A program made the position numbers and the translations under genes. The notes below the pieces were generated by a model. The model was not told the origin of the DNA and made no database searches. It saw nothing but the letters and a program-made list of their open reading frames with translations. A stretch of 64,000 nucleotides of DNA from Prorocentrum cordatum (Eukaryota), in the NCBI GenBank assembly GCA_963575745.1, contig CAUYUJ010000201.1:1-64000 (forward strand). Direction: 5' to 3'. Every line of letters begins with the position of its first letter. Within the stretch, counting starts at the first letter, position 1. Below are positions 15,321 through 28,529 of the stretch, in pieces.

Positions 15321-15575
15321 CGGAGAGGAGGACGACAACGAAGACGAGACGAAGACGACGAGGACGGCGACGCTGGACCTCCGACACCGCGCTGCTTCAC
15401 AGCGTGGGCTCACCGTCCGTCCCCATGGACCAGTTCTTTGCCGCGGGCAGCTGTTTACAAGCCCAAGGAGGGGAGCCCGACCCCCTCCCCCCCCCCAACC
15501 CCAGAGACCGAAACCGCAAAGACGCGCCCTCCGTGTCGTTGTTGCGACGCCCAGAAGGTCAGGAAGATGACAGTA

Positions 15576-15692
<117 letters not shown>

Positions 15693-16345
15693 GCGGCGGC
15701 GGCGGCGGCGGCGGCGACGGCGATAGGCAACTACATGTCTGCAATCCTACCCTGCTGGTCCGACATCTGACTCACTGGTGGCGGTTCATAATTTGAAGGG
15801 TGCCTGCAGCCAGGGTCGATTGGACCCGCAGGAGTAGGTTTCACAAATCCCAGACGCCCCACGTCGCAATTTCTCTACAAAACGGGTCCCCGGAGGACTC
15901 GACCCCTTCTCCGGGACCACTTTGCATCCAGAGTCGTGCTGTTGACGGGCCAGAGGCCTGGCACGAGCCCCCAGACGACGAAGACGGCGAGAAACCTCCC
16001 GCCATGACTTTCTCCACTACGCGAGGGGCCCTGGTAGGCCACCACACGTGAACCCCACCCCTCAGCCAATGGAGCCTCAGCAGGGGCATCCGAGCGTCGA
16101 GTAGACCCGCAGGGGTAGGCCTCGCAATTGGTCGCAGATCTCGATTACACGCAAGAGTGACCCTTGGCAAGAGTGGCCTTCGGTACGCGGCTGCAGGGGA
16201 CCGCAGGGGGGCCAAATCCAAGCATGCAGGCCGCTGCCGGGGGGGACCCCTGTGGGCCCGCACCATATGGTCAACTCCGGCGAAGGGTCCCTCCAACCTG
16301 TAGCTGAAGATCTGGGGCGGCCGCAGCCGACGACGGCGCACCGGC

Positions 16346-16429
16346 CTTCACGGAGAGGGCCTGCCCCTTCCGGTTCACGAAGATGATGCCGCCAGACAGC
16401 GCGCTGCCAGCGGAGATGAAGACAGACTC
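16346..16429 (-). CDS. CHC: Clathrin heavy chain exon: ESVFISAGSALSGGIIFVNRKGQALSVK
   Basis: 84 nt, acceptor CTCAG|GAG, donor AAG|GC. Contains the conserved clathrin GII-x-VNRKGQ-x-LSV motif. Confidence 0.94.
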
Positions 16430-18865
16430 CTGAGGGCCGCCGCGCCCGCGTGGCCGAGGCGAGCGAGCGCTGGGGGGCGGGGGGTGAGGGGGAGAAGGAG
16501 AGGGGTGAGGAGGTTGCGGAGCGAGGGAAGGCAGGGAGGGAGAGAAGGTGGGAAGGAAGGAGAGGGGGGGGAGAGGGAAGGAGGTAGGCAGGTAGAGGGG
16601 TGGAGGCAGGACGAGAAGGGGAGATAGGGGCGGAGGGAGGAAGGAAGCGGAGCGCGGAGCGACGGAGGGGGGATCCAGGTTCGAGGATCAATGATCGATT
16701 CTTCTGGACGTTGATAGTAGGGAGGGGAGGAGAGAGGAGGGAGGAGGGATCTGGCTTCTGCACGTCTGAGGGGCCCTGTCTGGGCGCCCCGAGGCCTCTG
16801 AAGGCCTCCAGAGGGAGGAGAGGGGCACTGCTTCCACTTGTTTCAGGCCCAGGTCCACACATGCCTGGCTTCGTCTACCCGTCGTTCCAAATAGCCCGCC
16901 GACAACGTGCGTGCCCTGGCCTCTGGGACACCCCCCCCCCAAAGAAAAGGGCAGGGCACGGACCCTGGCCGCGAACAGACACTGGCCGCGTGGCGAGCTG
17001 ACTCGCTGACACCCCCCCTTGTCGTCCACCCCGAGAGAGGAGGAGGAGGAGGAGGAGGAGGAGGAGGAGGAGGAGGAGGAGGAGGAGGAGGAGGAGTAGG
17101 AGGAGGGGGAGGAGGAGAGGAGGAGGAGGAGGAGAAGGAGGAGGGAGGAGGGAGGAGGAGGAGGAGGAGGAGGAAGAGGAGGAGCCGACCTGAGACATCC
17201 CACGCGGACCTCCGAAGGCGAATGCTCACGCCGCGGGGCCCTCTTTGGGCCCTCCTGGAGCTCTACTGGGCCTTCCGCTGCACGGCCGCCTCCCCCGCTC
17301 CCCGCTCCCCCCGGGCCGCGACGGCCCGTCCCGAGGGCCAGCGCTGGGCGAGGGAGTCCGGGGGCATCGAGACTCGAGCATCGAGGATCGAAGCTTCGGG
17401 ACGTCTTTGTTGGCCCGTGCTGTTCCTCCGGAAGTCCCTCGGGGGACCACTGGAGACCGAGGAAGGAAGGGGGGTCGGGAAGGAGGGAGGGAGGGAGGGA
17501 GGAGAGGGAGAAGGGATGAGGTCGACAAGGAGGAAAGGGCGAGACGAAGAGAGGGATGGGGAGAACGAAGAGGGGAGGAGAGGAAGGGGGAGAATAAATC
17601 GGAAGACCATGTAGCAGAGAAGAAAGACATGACTGTGAGGAGAGGGAGGACAACAAGGGAAAGAAGAGAAGAAGGAGGATAAGGGGAAAAACGATGGAGA
17701 ACTGCGAAAGATGAGGAGGGAGAAGAGAAAGGAGGGATGAGGGAGAAATGTTATAAAGAGAAGAGAAGGAAGAGAGAGCGAGAGAGACGAAGGATGAGGA
17801 AGGAGGAAGGGGAATGGAGGGGCAGAGGGAGGGGTAGGGGTAAGCTGATTCAAGTCCTCATCCCCTGCCTTGCCTTCCTACTCCTAAGCCTCCGCCTCCT
17901 CCCCGTGCCCCTTCCCTACGACACGCTACTCCGATGTCTGGTTCGCTTGGTCCAAGACGTCTGCGGATGATGTCAACTGCGATCTGTTTGTTTATGATAC
18001 GGCTGCATATGATGACTGCCCTTGCATGGGAGTTCGAGGAACATCTGCGGTTGTTCTATTGCTCTACCCAAACAAAATCGTGATCCTCAGCCTACCAAGC
18101 GGGATCTCCTGGATGGGGCATATTCCAAGCGATTCGAGCCAGAGGAATGTACATGCCCACCTCCTCCTCCTCTTCCTCTTTTTCCTCCTCCTCCTCCTCC
18201 TCATCTTCCTCCTTCTCCCGATGTCAGGGTCCATGAGCCGTTCCCTCTTTCCTGCTCTTCTCCGTCCCATCATCCTCATCATCGTTATCGTCACCACCAT
18301 TACCATCATCATCACCACCACCAGCATCACCATCATCACCATCACCATCACCACCATCAGCATCATCAACATCAGCATCATCATCAGCAGCACCATCATC
18401 ATCATCACCACCACCATCATCATCATCATCATCATCATCACAACAATCATCATCATCACCATCATCAGCATCATCATCATCATCAGTATCACCATCATCA
18501 TCGTCGTCGCCATCGCGGTCGTCGCCGTCGTCGCCGTCAACGTCATGATCATCCTTCCACCCCCTCAACCTCCTCATCCTCATCCTCATCATCCTCTTCC
18601 TCCCTCCTTCTCAACTTTCCTCCCTCCCCCCGTCTCATCCACCACTTCCTCCTCATCGGCACCATCATCATCACCATCATCATCCACAACAGTAGCATCG
18701 TGATAATGATAATCATCATCATGGTCGTCATCGTCATCGTCATCGCCAGCAGCATCATCATCATCATCATCGTCATCATCATCACCATGATCATTTTCAT
18801 CATCATCAGCAGCATCATCGCTGCCATCATCAGCATCATCGTCATCAGCATTACCGTTATCCCAC

Positions 18866-18915
<50 letters not shown>

Positions 18916-19417
18916 GTCAGAATTACCATGATCAGTCTCATCATCATCACCAACATCAGCATCCGATCACTACCCATGACATTATCATCACCATCACCCC
19001 CATCAACATCATAATCAGCAGCATCAGCATCACCATCAGCAGCACTAACATCATCACCATCCTCATCACCACTATCGTCATCATCAGAATCAGCATCATC
19101 ATCGGATCAGATCGAATCGACTGAGCTCCGCGGGAGGCTAAGCGGGCCCAAGGGAGAAACAAACATCCTCGGTGCACCACCGTTCATTTTCGCCGCGGCC
19201 GTAGGCGAGCGCGCCAGCAGCGTCAGAGGTCGGGCGGGCTACGCGCGAACCGAATTGCCTAGCGCACGGAGACCGACGGCCGAACCTAAGCTGCCTAAGC
19301 TGCCGGGCTGCGCGAGGTGGTGCCAGGAAGCGGGGCGGGGCAGCACCTCCGTCTAGCGAAGGGAAGATCTAAACGAGGCCGCTTGGCCCCTCGGGCCCCG
19401 AGGCCCGCGCTGCCCCC

Positions 19418-21055
19418 GTGCTCTTCCCGGGGCTCGCATCCCGGCCCCCCGGCCTGCACCGACAACGGCTCTGGCCGGACATCTCCTCTCAGGCTATCGC
19501 AAAATCGCGCTCTCGCACGGGAGTGCCTTACAATTTGTCCAGGAATCTCGCGCTCGCGTGGGAATCCCTCACAATTCACTCAGACGCCGCGCCCTCGACA
19601 CTCAGGAATCACGCTCTCGCTGTGGCCTTTCTCACGATTGACTTGGGAATGGCCCGAGACTTCCTCGCGATTCATGCAGAACTCATGCTGCAGCAACCCG
19701 CCTTTTCGACCTGGCCGCCTAGGTCCGCCTTCCCGACCCGCCCGCTGGGTCTGCCCGCCGGACCTGTCCGCCTGCTTCTGCCCCGTGGGTTCCTGCTCCC
19801 AGCCCCCCTCCAGCTGATTTCTCTCGTGCTCCATCCTTCTCCCTCCCCCCTCCATCCTTCTCCCAGCCCCCCTCCAGCTGATTTCTCTCGTGCTCCATCC
19901 TTCTCCCTCCCCCCCTCCATCCGTCCTCTCTTCCCCTGTTTGGGGGCCTGCGCCAACTGCACGTTGCCGCTTGGGCCCGCCTTCCCGTTCCGCCCGTTCG
20001 GGTCTCCCCGCCCAGTCTGCCCGTCTGGTTCTGCCACGTGCTTTCTGCTCCTAACCCCCCTTCGTGCTACTCTCATTTGTGCTCAATCCTCCTCCCTTCC
20101 CCTCTTCCCGTCCTTTCATCCGTCCTCTCTTCCCCTGCCTTAAGGGCTGCACGAAATATACGTTGCAGGTAAGGAATACATACCCGCAAGGGGGGGGCAA
20201 TGGAAGACGAAGAGGGAGGGTATCGAGGGTTTGAGATATACGTGTTGAATGGCATGCGAACAAATAAGAGCGAACATGTTCAAAATGCTTATTGTTGCTG
20301 ATGGTGGTGCTCATATTGGTGTTGATGTTGTTATTGCTGTTAGTGGTGGTGGTGGTTTTGTTGTTGCTGCTATTGTTGTTGCTGAACTCTCAATACTTAC
20401 GAATAAATATGTTGATCCCCCCCGTCCAGGCATCTTGTGTTTGGAAGTGCTCTTCCCGGGGCTCGCACCCGGTTAATTTGTATGTGGAAAGTTCTGAGTC
20501 TCAGAACAGTGTCTTTGGCCCCCCTTTTACAACAACAACAACAACAACAGCAGCAGCAGCAGCAACAACAACAACACCAACATCAACAACAACAATCAGC
20601 TTGATATTGCTCGCTTCTATCTGCTCGCGGGCCATTCAACACGTATATCCCAAACCCTCGATACCCGCCCTCTTCGTCTTCGATCGCACCACCTTGGGGG
20701 TACATCTTTCTTACCTGCAACGTGTATTTCATGCTGCCCCTACGGCAGGGGAAGAGGGGACGGATGGAAGGGGGAGGGACAAAGGGGAGGGAGGAGGATA
20801 GAGCACGAGAGAGAAATTCACCGGAGGGGGGCTGGGAGCAGAAAACATGTGGCAGAGCAGACGGACAGATCGGCCGGGTAGACCCTAACAGGCGGATCGG
20901 AAAGGCTGGCCCAGGCGGCCAGGTCGAACAGGCGGGTAACTGAAGCGTGCGTTCTCCATGAACCGCGAGGAAGTCTCGAAAGATAGCGCGATTCCCAAGT
21001 AAATCGTGAGATAGGCCAATGCGAGAGCGTGATTCCTGAGTGTCGAGAGCGTGAT
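19418..21055. repeat. Inverted pair of family B copies (19418-20290 minus, 20595-21055 plus)
   Basis: 20140-20290 is the reverse complement of the family B 5' motif at 20595-20740, and similarity continues outwards. Confidence 0.75.
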
Positions 21056-21359
21056 TCCATCGCCATCATCAATGTCATCCCTCCCATCATTCTCGTTGTT
21101 CCCCCTCCTCCCTCTCCCTGCTCCCCCTCCTCCCTCTCATCCCCCTTGCCCCCATCCTGCATCTCATTTACCTCCTTGCTAGGCCAATCCGTTCTTGGCT
21201 TGCGGGGGGGAAGAAGGCGATGAGGAGGAGGACGAAAATGGAGGGCCCGCCCCTTGCATTCCCTTCCCTTCCCCTCCATGTCCTTCATCTCTCTTTCTCT
21301 TTCTCTCTCTCCCTCTCATTCTCTCTCTACCTCCATCCCTTTCCCTTCCCTCGGATGGC

Positions 21360-21425
21360 CTGCGAGACCTTGGTGCGCACGAGCAGGGAGGCAGTGGCGA
21401 CGTCAAAGAGGAAGAGGTAACCAGC
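21360..21425 (-). CDS. CHC: Clathrin heavy chain exon: AGYLFLFDVATASLLVRTKVSQ
   Basis: 66 nt, acceptor GGCAG|GCT, donor CAG|GC. Corresponds to clathrin GY-x-x-x-x-D-x-x-T segment and is collinear with the flanking exons. Confidence 0.93.
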
Positions 21426-21899
21426 CTGCCACGCTGCTGAGCCATGCCCCCTCATTATCCTTGAGCGCGTTTCCTGCAGTGCCCATGAGAAGAGGACGAT
21501 CCTGCGAAGAAGCAGAACCACCGCAGAGCGCACAGGGCCTAAAGATCACACAGGCAGAGGAGAAATACCGTCCTCCACTTCTCTGGCTCTCTGGCTCTCT
21601 GTCTCTCTGGCTCTCTGTCTCTCTGGCTCTCTGGCTCTCTGACTCTCTCGCTTTCTCTCTCTCTCTCTCTCGATGTTTACAGATTTCTCTTTCTATCTCT
21701 CTCACTTGTTTTCTCTCTCTCTCTATTGTTCCCTCTCTCTCTCTGTCTCTCTCTCTCTCTATATTACTGTATAAACGCTGAAACAGGGATATGTTCGTAT
21801 AGGTATATAATTTTGTCTTTCTCTCTCTCTCTCTCTCTCTCTTTCCCTGCTCGGTATACAACTAATACAGATACCTAGATATATAAAAATATGTGTCTA

Positions 21900-23225
21900 T
21901 CCGACGACCCTGTCGGCGTGTGTAAGAGTCTTAGCGAGAGCCTTGCAGAGTCCCGGAGTGCCCCCACGGTCACCAGCCCGGCCAGAGCGCTGCGAGGTCG
22001 CCAGGTCGAGCGCTTCAAAGTCGCCAGCCCGAGGGAAATCGCCAAGTCGTATTCAAATCGAAGGGTAGCCCCTTCCCTTGATCCAACCTCGCAAAGGGGG
22101 GGGAGAGTGTTGCCCCCCCCGCCGAGCAAACGCCCGCGGGAGCGGGTCCTGGGTGAGGGTCCTGGGTCAGAATGCGTTCCCACCCCCCTTCCCTCTGGCC
22201 AGGTTGGCCCTCTTCCCTGCAACGCAGGTCCAAGACGCCCAAGATGTCACCGAGACGACCCAAGGCCTCCAAGACGAAGGAGCCCCAAGAGGACCCCCGC
22301 GAGGGCCCCGAGAGGCGCTGCTTTTGCCAGATCTGAATTAGCGTTCTCGTCTTTCTGCCTTCCAACTCTCCAAGACAGCCCAAGAGAGGCCCCAAACAGT
22401 CCCCAAAAACGGCCCCAGGGGCCCCAAAGAGGGCCCCGAGACTGCCCAAGAGAGTCCGCAGATGGCCCAGGAGGCCCCCAAGACGGCCCAAGAGGACCAA
22501 GAAAAAAATACAGCTTAACGGCGCCTCTAAGACGCAGGACACACCCAAATGCACCAGGACGCACCAAGACGCACTGCAACGCACCAGGACGCACCGAGAC
22601 GCACTGGGACGCATGCACCGGGACGCAACGTGACGCACTGGGACGCACCAGGACGCACCAGGACGCACTGGGACGCAACGGGACGCAACGGGACACACCG
22701 GGACGCACCGGGACGCACCGGGACGCACGGATGAAGCACCAGGACGCAACTAGGACGCACTGGGACGCAACCGGGACGCACCCGGGACGCACCGGGATGC
22801 AGTCGTCCTTGGACGCATCAGAACGCACAAAAACGCAACGGGACACACCGGGACGCTGGGACGCACCGGGACGCGTCGGGACGCACAGGGACAGTCGGAG
22901 ACATAATTACCGGGATGCACTGGGTCGCACTGGGACGCACTGGGACGGGGACGCACCAGGACGCACACCGGGACGCATGCACCGGGACGAACTGCAACGC
23001 ACCAGGACGTACCGAGACGCAACAAAACGCATGCACCAGGACGCAACGTGACGCACTGGGACGCACCAGGACGCACCGTGACGCACTGGGACGCAACGGG
23101 ACGCAACGGAACGCACCAGGACGCACCAGGACGCACCGGGACGCACTGGAACGCACGGGGACGCACTGCGGGACGGGGACTCACCAGGACGCACCGGGAC
23201 GCACTGGCCGTATGGCCTTTCCAAT
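21900..23225 (+). mobile_element. Helentron-like non-autonomous element, copy 2 (same family as 8274)
   Basis: Starts tccgacgaccctgtcggcgtgt and ends gcactggccgtatggcctttccaat, matching both ends of copy 1. The 3' subTIR is lost. Confidence 0.58.
22530..23205. repeat. 10-bp minisatellite (ggacgcaccg/ggacgcacca)
   Basis: Seen directly, inside the Helentron-like copy 2. Confidence 0.92.
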
Positions 23226-23525
23226 CTAATGTATACTGTCACGCAAAATGGAACGGTGTATGCGTGCATGTATTGAGGTGCGCGGACGATTACATCTTGT
23301 TGGACCATTCAAAGGGGAAATGCGGGGAGCCAAACAAAAAAAACACCAACAGTCACAAAAATATAACTTCCAGAAATACTGCCAAATACCGGCAAATACC
23401 GGAGAAAAAAAAACATTATCCGAAGAAACGAAAATACCCAAGGTGAGAAACTACCAACATTCACACTGATCGTAATCTCACTAAAAAACGGGACACACCG
23501 CGGAGGAATGCATTATATTATTCAT

Positions 23526-24539
23526 TAATCCCACCAGCCCTTTGGGCGTGAGTGGTTTAGGGAGCTCTCTCTGTTCTCAACCCCCCTTCTTCCCCTTCGG
23601 GGAGGGGTTTACCCCTCCCACTACCCCCTCCCCCTGGGGGCCTGGAGAGGGCGTTTCGCGGGTCGTTGGAGGGGTCTTTTTCGACTCCTGGGAGGGCTAA
23701 AAAACGACACCCCTCACGAGGATTCTGGCCCCGACGGGGGGAGGGAGAAAAAATGCTCTCCTCTTCTTTGAAGCCAAAATCATTGATTTTACTACGGTGT
23801 TGGCCCCATTTTGGCCTTCTGAGGGGGCAGCGCTCATTACAGCTCTCCTCTTCTTTCAAGGCAAAACCATTGATTTTACGAAGGTTTTGGGCCCATTTTG
23901 CCCTTCTGAGGGGGCAGCGCTAATTAAAGCTCACTTCTTCTTTGATCGATTTCCTCCAAGATGGCCCCAAGAAGCGCCCAGGAGGCACCACGAGGCCCCA
24001 AGATGGCCCCAAGAGGCCCCCAGGAGGCCCCCCAAGATGGTCCCAAACGGCCCAAACAGGCTCCCCCGAGGCACCCAAGACGCCAAAAAGCCCATCAGGA
24101 CGACCCTCTACTCGCCTGGGCGTCGTTTCTGGACGGGCAGGAGGAGGGGCCCGAACGACTCACACCAGGACGAGGGGCCCGAACAACTCACACCACGAGA
24201 AGCCCGAACGACTCACACCAGGACGAAGAGCCCGAACGACTCACACCACGAAGAGCCCGAACGACTCACACCAGGAAGAAGGGCCCGAACGACTCACACC
24301 AGGACGAGAAGCCCGAACGACTCAAACCACGAGGAGCGCTTTCTCTCCCTCCTCCTCCGCCTCGTCCTTCTCCCGCTCCCACCACAAGGAGGATGTACAA
24401 GGAGGCGGGAGGAAGGAGGAACAGGGGAGATATGCGGGGGCAGGCGGAAACACGCCTGAAAAACACGACTGTCGGCATGCTTCGCTAGAGTTGCTGTTTT
24501 GAGATGGGCTGGTGGGGATACGCGAAGCGTGAAGAATTT
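23526..24539 (+). mobile_element. Helentron-like non-autonomous element, second family
   Basis: 5' tcccaccagccc (23529-23540) is inverted at gggctggtgggga (24506-24518), followed by hairpin acgc-gaa-gcgt (24520-24530) and agaattt. Confidence 0.62.
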
Positions 24540-25349
24540 GTTTATTTTGATGTTTATTTCGATTCGGAGCTGACAGAATCCAAGATTTGTAGGTGGTCCG
24601 CGCGGCTCAACGCATGTACCTCTCGCATCGCTCGCGGATTCCGAATATACCTGCTTCTCCCTTACTCTCGCTCCGTGACCCTCTCCCTCTGTCTCCCTTC
24701 CCCTTCTTTGTGTTGCTCTCTCTCTCTCTCTCTTTCTCTCTTTCTCTGTTTCTCATGTTACCTCGTCACCTCGTCAACTCAATGTTGGTGGGGTGCGGCT
24801 CTCGTTGGAAAAAGGGGGAGCCCCATCACGCGCTGTCAAGATGGCAGCAGCCACACATTTTTCGTAAAATCCTGCAGCAGCTCTGCGGATGGAGGGCGGG
24901 TCTGTTTCAAAATGGAGCTCTCGCCTGAAAGTCGTACAAAGTTGCCTTGAAACTTGTAAACTCTTACGAGGATGGAGGGTGGGTCCTTTTCAAAAAGGGA
25001 CACACGCCCTAGCGTAGCGCACATTCGTCTAAAAATCATGTAACAACTACAGGGATGGATGGACGCTCCTTCTCAAAATGCGGTTCTTGATTAAGACTTA
25101 CACACAGTTACAGACCAGAAGCTTACAGTATGCAGCAGCTGGACGGATGAAGGGCGGCTCCTTTTCAAACCAGGTTCCTGATTGAGACTTGTCCTGCACT
25201 CCAATGGCCAGACGTGAAGCTTGGCCAACGGCTACACGAATAGGAGGCGATTCATTTCCAGAACGGGGCTCCCGCTGGACATTTCGATGAACCGCCGATT
25301 ATACCGAGTCGGTTTCCGTATCATTGTTTGATGCATCCTCGGTTTAATA

Positions 25350-26030
25350 TGGTCCTCCTCCTCCTCCTTCTCTTCTTATTCTGCTTATTATTATTCTTAT
25401 TATTCATATTATTATTCTTATTATTATTATTCTGATATTGATATTATTATTATTATCGTTAGTATTAACATTATTATTTGTAGTACTGCTATTATTATTG
25501 TTAATATTACTCGTAGCACTATTATTCTTATTATTTGTAGTCTTCATATTCGTAGAATTCTTATTCATTTTAGCGTGATTATTATTATTACTCGTCTTAT
25601 TATTAGTGGTATTATTAGAAGTACTAGTATACTTATGTTTCTTCTTCGTAGTCGTCTTAATATTATTATTACAATGTGTCTTAGTATTCTTATTATGGTT
25701 ATTATTCTTCTTAGTCGTATAATTATTATCCATATTATTATTCTTCCCCTCAGTAATAGTATTATTCTTCTTATTATTGTTAGTATGGTTCGTCTTATTC
25801 GTCTTTTGTCTTATTACTCTTCCTCTTCTCTTCTCATTATTATTATTCGTCTTCTTCTTATTATTCGTATTATTATTATTATTCCTCCTCTTCCTCCTCC
25901 TCGTCCTCCTCCTCCTCCTCCTCGTCCTCCTCCTCCTCCTCCTCCTCCTCCACGTCCTCCTCCTCCTCCTCCTCCTCCGCCTCCTCCTCCTCCTCCTCCT
26001 CCTCCTCCTCTTCCTCCTCCTCCTCCTCCT
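25350..26030. repeat. Degenerate (ATT)n followed by (CCT)n microsatellite
   Basis: Seen directly. Confidence 0.93.
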
Positions 26031-26201
26031 CCCCCCATCAAGCTCGACGCCGACGACCTCTCCCAGGGTGCACTTCGACCACAAGTCCGAAGGGAAGCCG
26101 GCCGTGGAGACGCGACGCTTGCCAAAGGCCAAGGATAGCGAAGAGCGTCCAGAAAGCTCGATCGCCGGACATGCTGGCGGGCAGCAATGAGGGGGGCAAC
26201 T

Positions 26202-26629
26202 GAGGGGCCTGCAATCTTTTCTCTGGTCAGCATTGTGTCTCATCAACTCAGCCATCGTCTTCACGCACTGGCCCCAAACGGATGTGAGAACGCTAGTGAG
26301 CACATACCCATCACAATATAACAGTTGGTTTCCCTTGAAACGTGGAGTCGAGACGACACGGGAGAGGGGGGAGTCGAACGGGGGAACCTTGCGCAATAAT
26401 ATAGTGGAGATACGAAGAATGGTGAACGTGTCGCCGTCATTTGTCCCCTCAATCCCGTGCCCGTCCGCAAGCTCCCTTCGCACTAAACACGAGGGGCCTG
26501 CAATCCTCTTTCTGGTCAGAGTTGTGCCTCATCAACTCTGCCACCGTCTTCACGCACTGACCCCATACGGATGTGAGAACGCTAGTGAGCACATACCCAT
26601 CACAATATGATAGCTGGTTCCCAAAACGT
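26202..26629 (-). repeat. 3' split repeats B1 (26491-26629), A2 (26391-26490) and B2 (26202-26343) of element 1
   Basis: B1 and B2 are about 140-bp direct repeats (gaggggcctgcaatc...gatgtgagaacgctagtgagcacatacccatcacaatat). A2 abuts B1 and matches A1. Confidence 0.92.
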
Positions 26630-26689
26630 CCCGAAGAGGCAGTACGTTTATGATTTGGCGGTGTAGATAAGCCCGCTGGTAGACCGCGG

Positions 26690-27399
26690 TACTGCATAAG
26701 ATCTTGGCCAAGAGCTAAGAGAGCTTGGGTGGGTAAGTTTGGGCCTGGGAAGTCATTCGTTTTCCTTCGAGCTCAACATGGCGCTTTTCCCGAGAACTGG
26801 CAGACACCCCGCCCCTGGCATACGCGTTGATCGCATCATGAGACGTCAGCAGCATCACACTTTCCAAACATAAGCTGGGTCCGCTTTCGCCGAGGGGCTC
26901 CAAAAGAGCACTGGTCCAGAATAGTTACATGCACCTTGGGGTCCTTGGCGAGCTGCAAAAAGCCTGGGACCCACCAGCGGATACTTGTGGCAGGATTCTC
27001 GACGGCCCACGGGATGCCCAAAGCGTGGATAAACCTGATGAACTTGAGGATCCAACGAGCCTGGAGACTTCCGCTCTTGAGGGCTTCCTGGTCACTGTCC
27101 GAGAAGGGCTTGCGCGGGTTGGAAACTCCCCAGGGTTCAGCTCGCGATCGGATTGCGTTGGCCCTGTGGCGCGCTATACCCCAGGAGCGGCATTCAAAAG
27201 CTATCACGGCGGCCACGACGAGCTCATTCGCTTTGACCTCCGAGTAAAGAAGCTTGATATGGTTCAAATTCGTGAGATCCAAATTATCTGAATAGATTTG
27301 TCCCACAATCTAGTTCGGACGCCACGCGTGCCCGCCGCTCGGCCCACTCCGCCTGCCCCGCCAAAAGGGCCAGCCAGGTGCGGCGTCGATTCTTCGGGG
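26690..27399 (-). pseudogene. Element 1 C5-cytosine DNA methyltransferase-like domain, fused to the YR C-terminus
   Basis: Motif I LFGGAGGVGRA (recovered by a 1-nt frameshift from the YR frame), DLT, motif IV ECRSW (catalytic Cys), motif VI WAVENP, motif VIII DQCSFGAPRRKRT and C-terminal AQTYPPKL. Confidence 0.82.
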
Positions 27400-28529
27400 C
27401 CGAGATCGGGACGACGGGCTGCGCGATGACCGAGGGCGCGATCTGGCCGCACAAAGGGGCCCCGAGCCGGAGCTCGCACCATTGCACGTGCGACGCCGAG
27501 TAGCCAGGCAGCTCGTCGACGCTCTCTGCCATCTTGGCCGCGCTGTCGCAGCGCAACACTGACTTGTCCGTCTTCCATCCCCCTTGGCCCTCGACCTCGG
27601 CCCGGGCACAGCACCTCGCGGCGACGTCGACTGAGGCGCCCGAGTGCCTTGCCTGATAGGGGGCAGCGGCCACCCCCAGCTTCTTGCAGGGGGGCTCGAA
27701 CTGGCGCGCGCAGGCACTGCAGGGGAAGTCGAACGCAATGACCTTTGCATTCCATGTTCGTAGCGCCACAATCACCGTGCGAAGGAAAGGCACCCACCGG
27801 CGGCTGATGCCGATGCTCTCGCCCGTCGCGCACGTCTCCGAGGCCAGACCTCTCCCCTGCCTGGAAGCGAAGCAGATCCACGAGGCAAAGAGTTCGCGCG
27901 CGAACGCGAAAGGTCCTCTTCCAGGAACTTCAGCGGCTCGGACGGCCACAGGTACGTCACCGGCACAAACAACGCGCACATGGCCACGCGCCAGCAGTTG
28001 GCCCGGCAAAGCACAACAAAAAATGGCAGCCCAGATGCTGAAGGCCAGGGGGCGGCGCGATCGGGGCGGGCAACGGCGCCCCCGACCGTTGAGCGCGCGA
28101 TGACTGCGCGAGAGGCGAGGGCTGCAATGCCGCCCGAACTCGGGCAGGAAATGCTCCAGCCCGGCCACCAGCCTCTTGCTCACGTCCGCGCCCTCGTCGC
28201 AGAATCCTCTCCAGGCGCCGCGCCGCCGACGCGCCCGCCTCGGCTGCCACGCCGAGAGGCTCGCGAAGCTCGCGGGCCCGCTCCCCCCAGCCGATGACCA
28301 GCTCGCGATACTGATGCTCGATGTTCAACTGGACAGCGTTGGACTCCAGAAGGCGACCTGATTCGAGAGGTTGACGAGCCCGGCCCACTGCGGGAAGCGC
28401 AAGTCCCCGCGTCGCGCGCGCCGGCCGCACCAGGATCTTCACCGAGTCGGACATCGCGTCGCTTTCCTCGCCGTTCGACGCGGTCGAAGCATTGGTCACA
28501 TCGTCGAGAGGCATCAGGTCCATGCCCAC
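27400..28529 (-). pseudogene. Element 1 tyrosine recombinase (frameshifted, catalytic R->W and Y->C)
   Basis: YLWPSE (for YLRPSE), PYQARHSGAS (RHSGAS box) and GGWKTDKSVLRC (for G-x-W...SV-x-RY). Confidence 0.88.

Noticed and set aside
12305..15400. Poly-His, poly-Ile, poly-Met and poly-Asp ORFs
   Set aside because: They are translations of (CAT)n and (CCT)n microsatellites. The same applies to ORFs over the TAC, AAC and GTC tracts.
15720..16320. Possible decayed DNMT/retroelement fragment (PPCG, RGLP, EAYP, KPT-like words)
   Set aside because: The words are in different frames and not in a consistent order, so they are not supportable by eye.
16346..16429. VFISAGSALSGG first looked like a methyltransferase motif I
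   Set aside because: It is a clathrin exon with proper splice sites and the VNRKGQ motif.
24150..24335. Regular cccgaacgactcacacca repeats resembling a CRISPR array
   Set aside because: The spacers are under 15 nt and similar to each other, the context is eukaryotic and there are no cas genes. It is a minisatellite.
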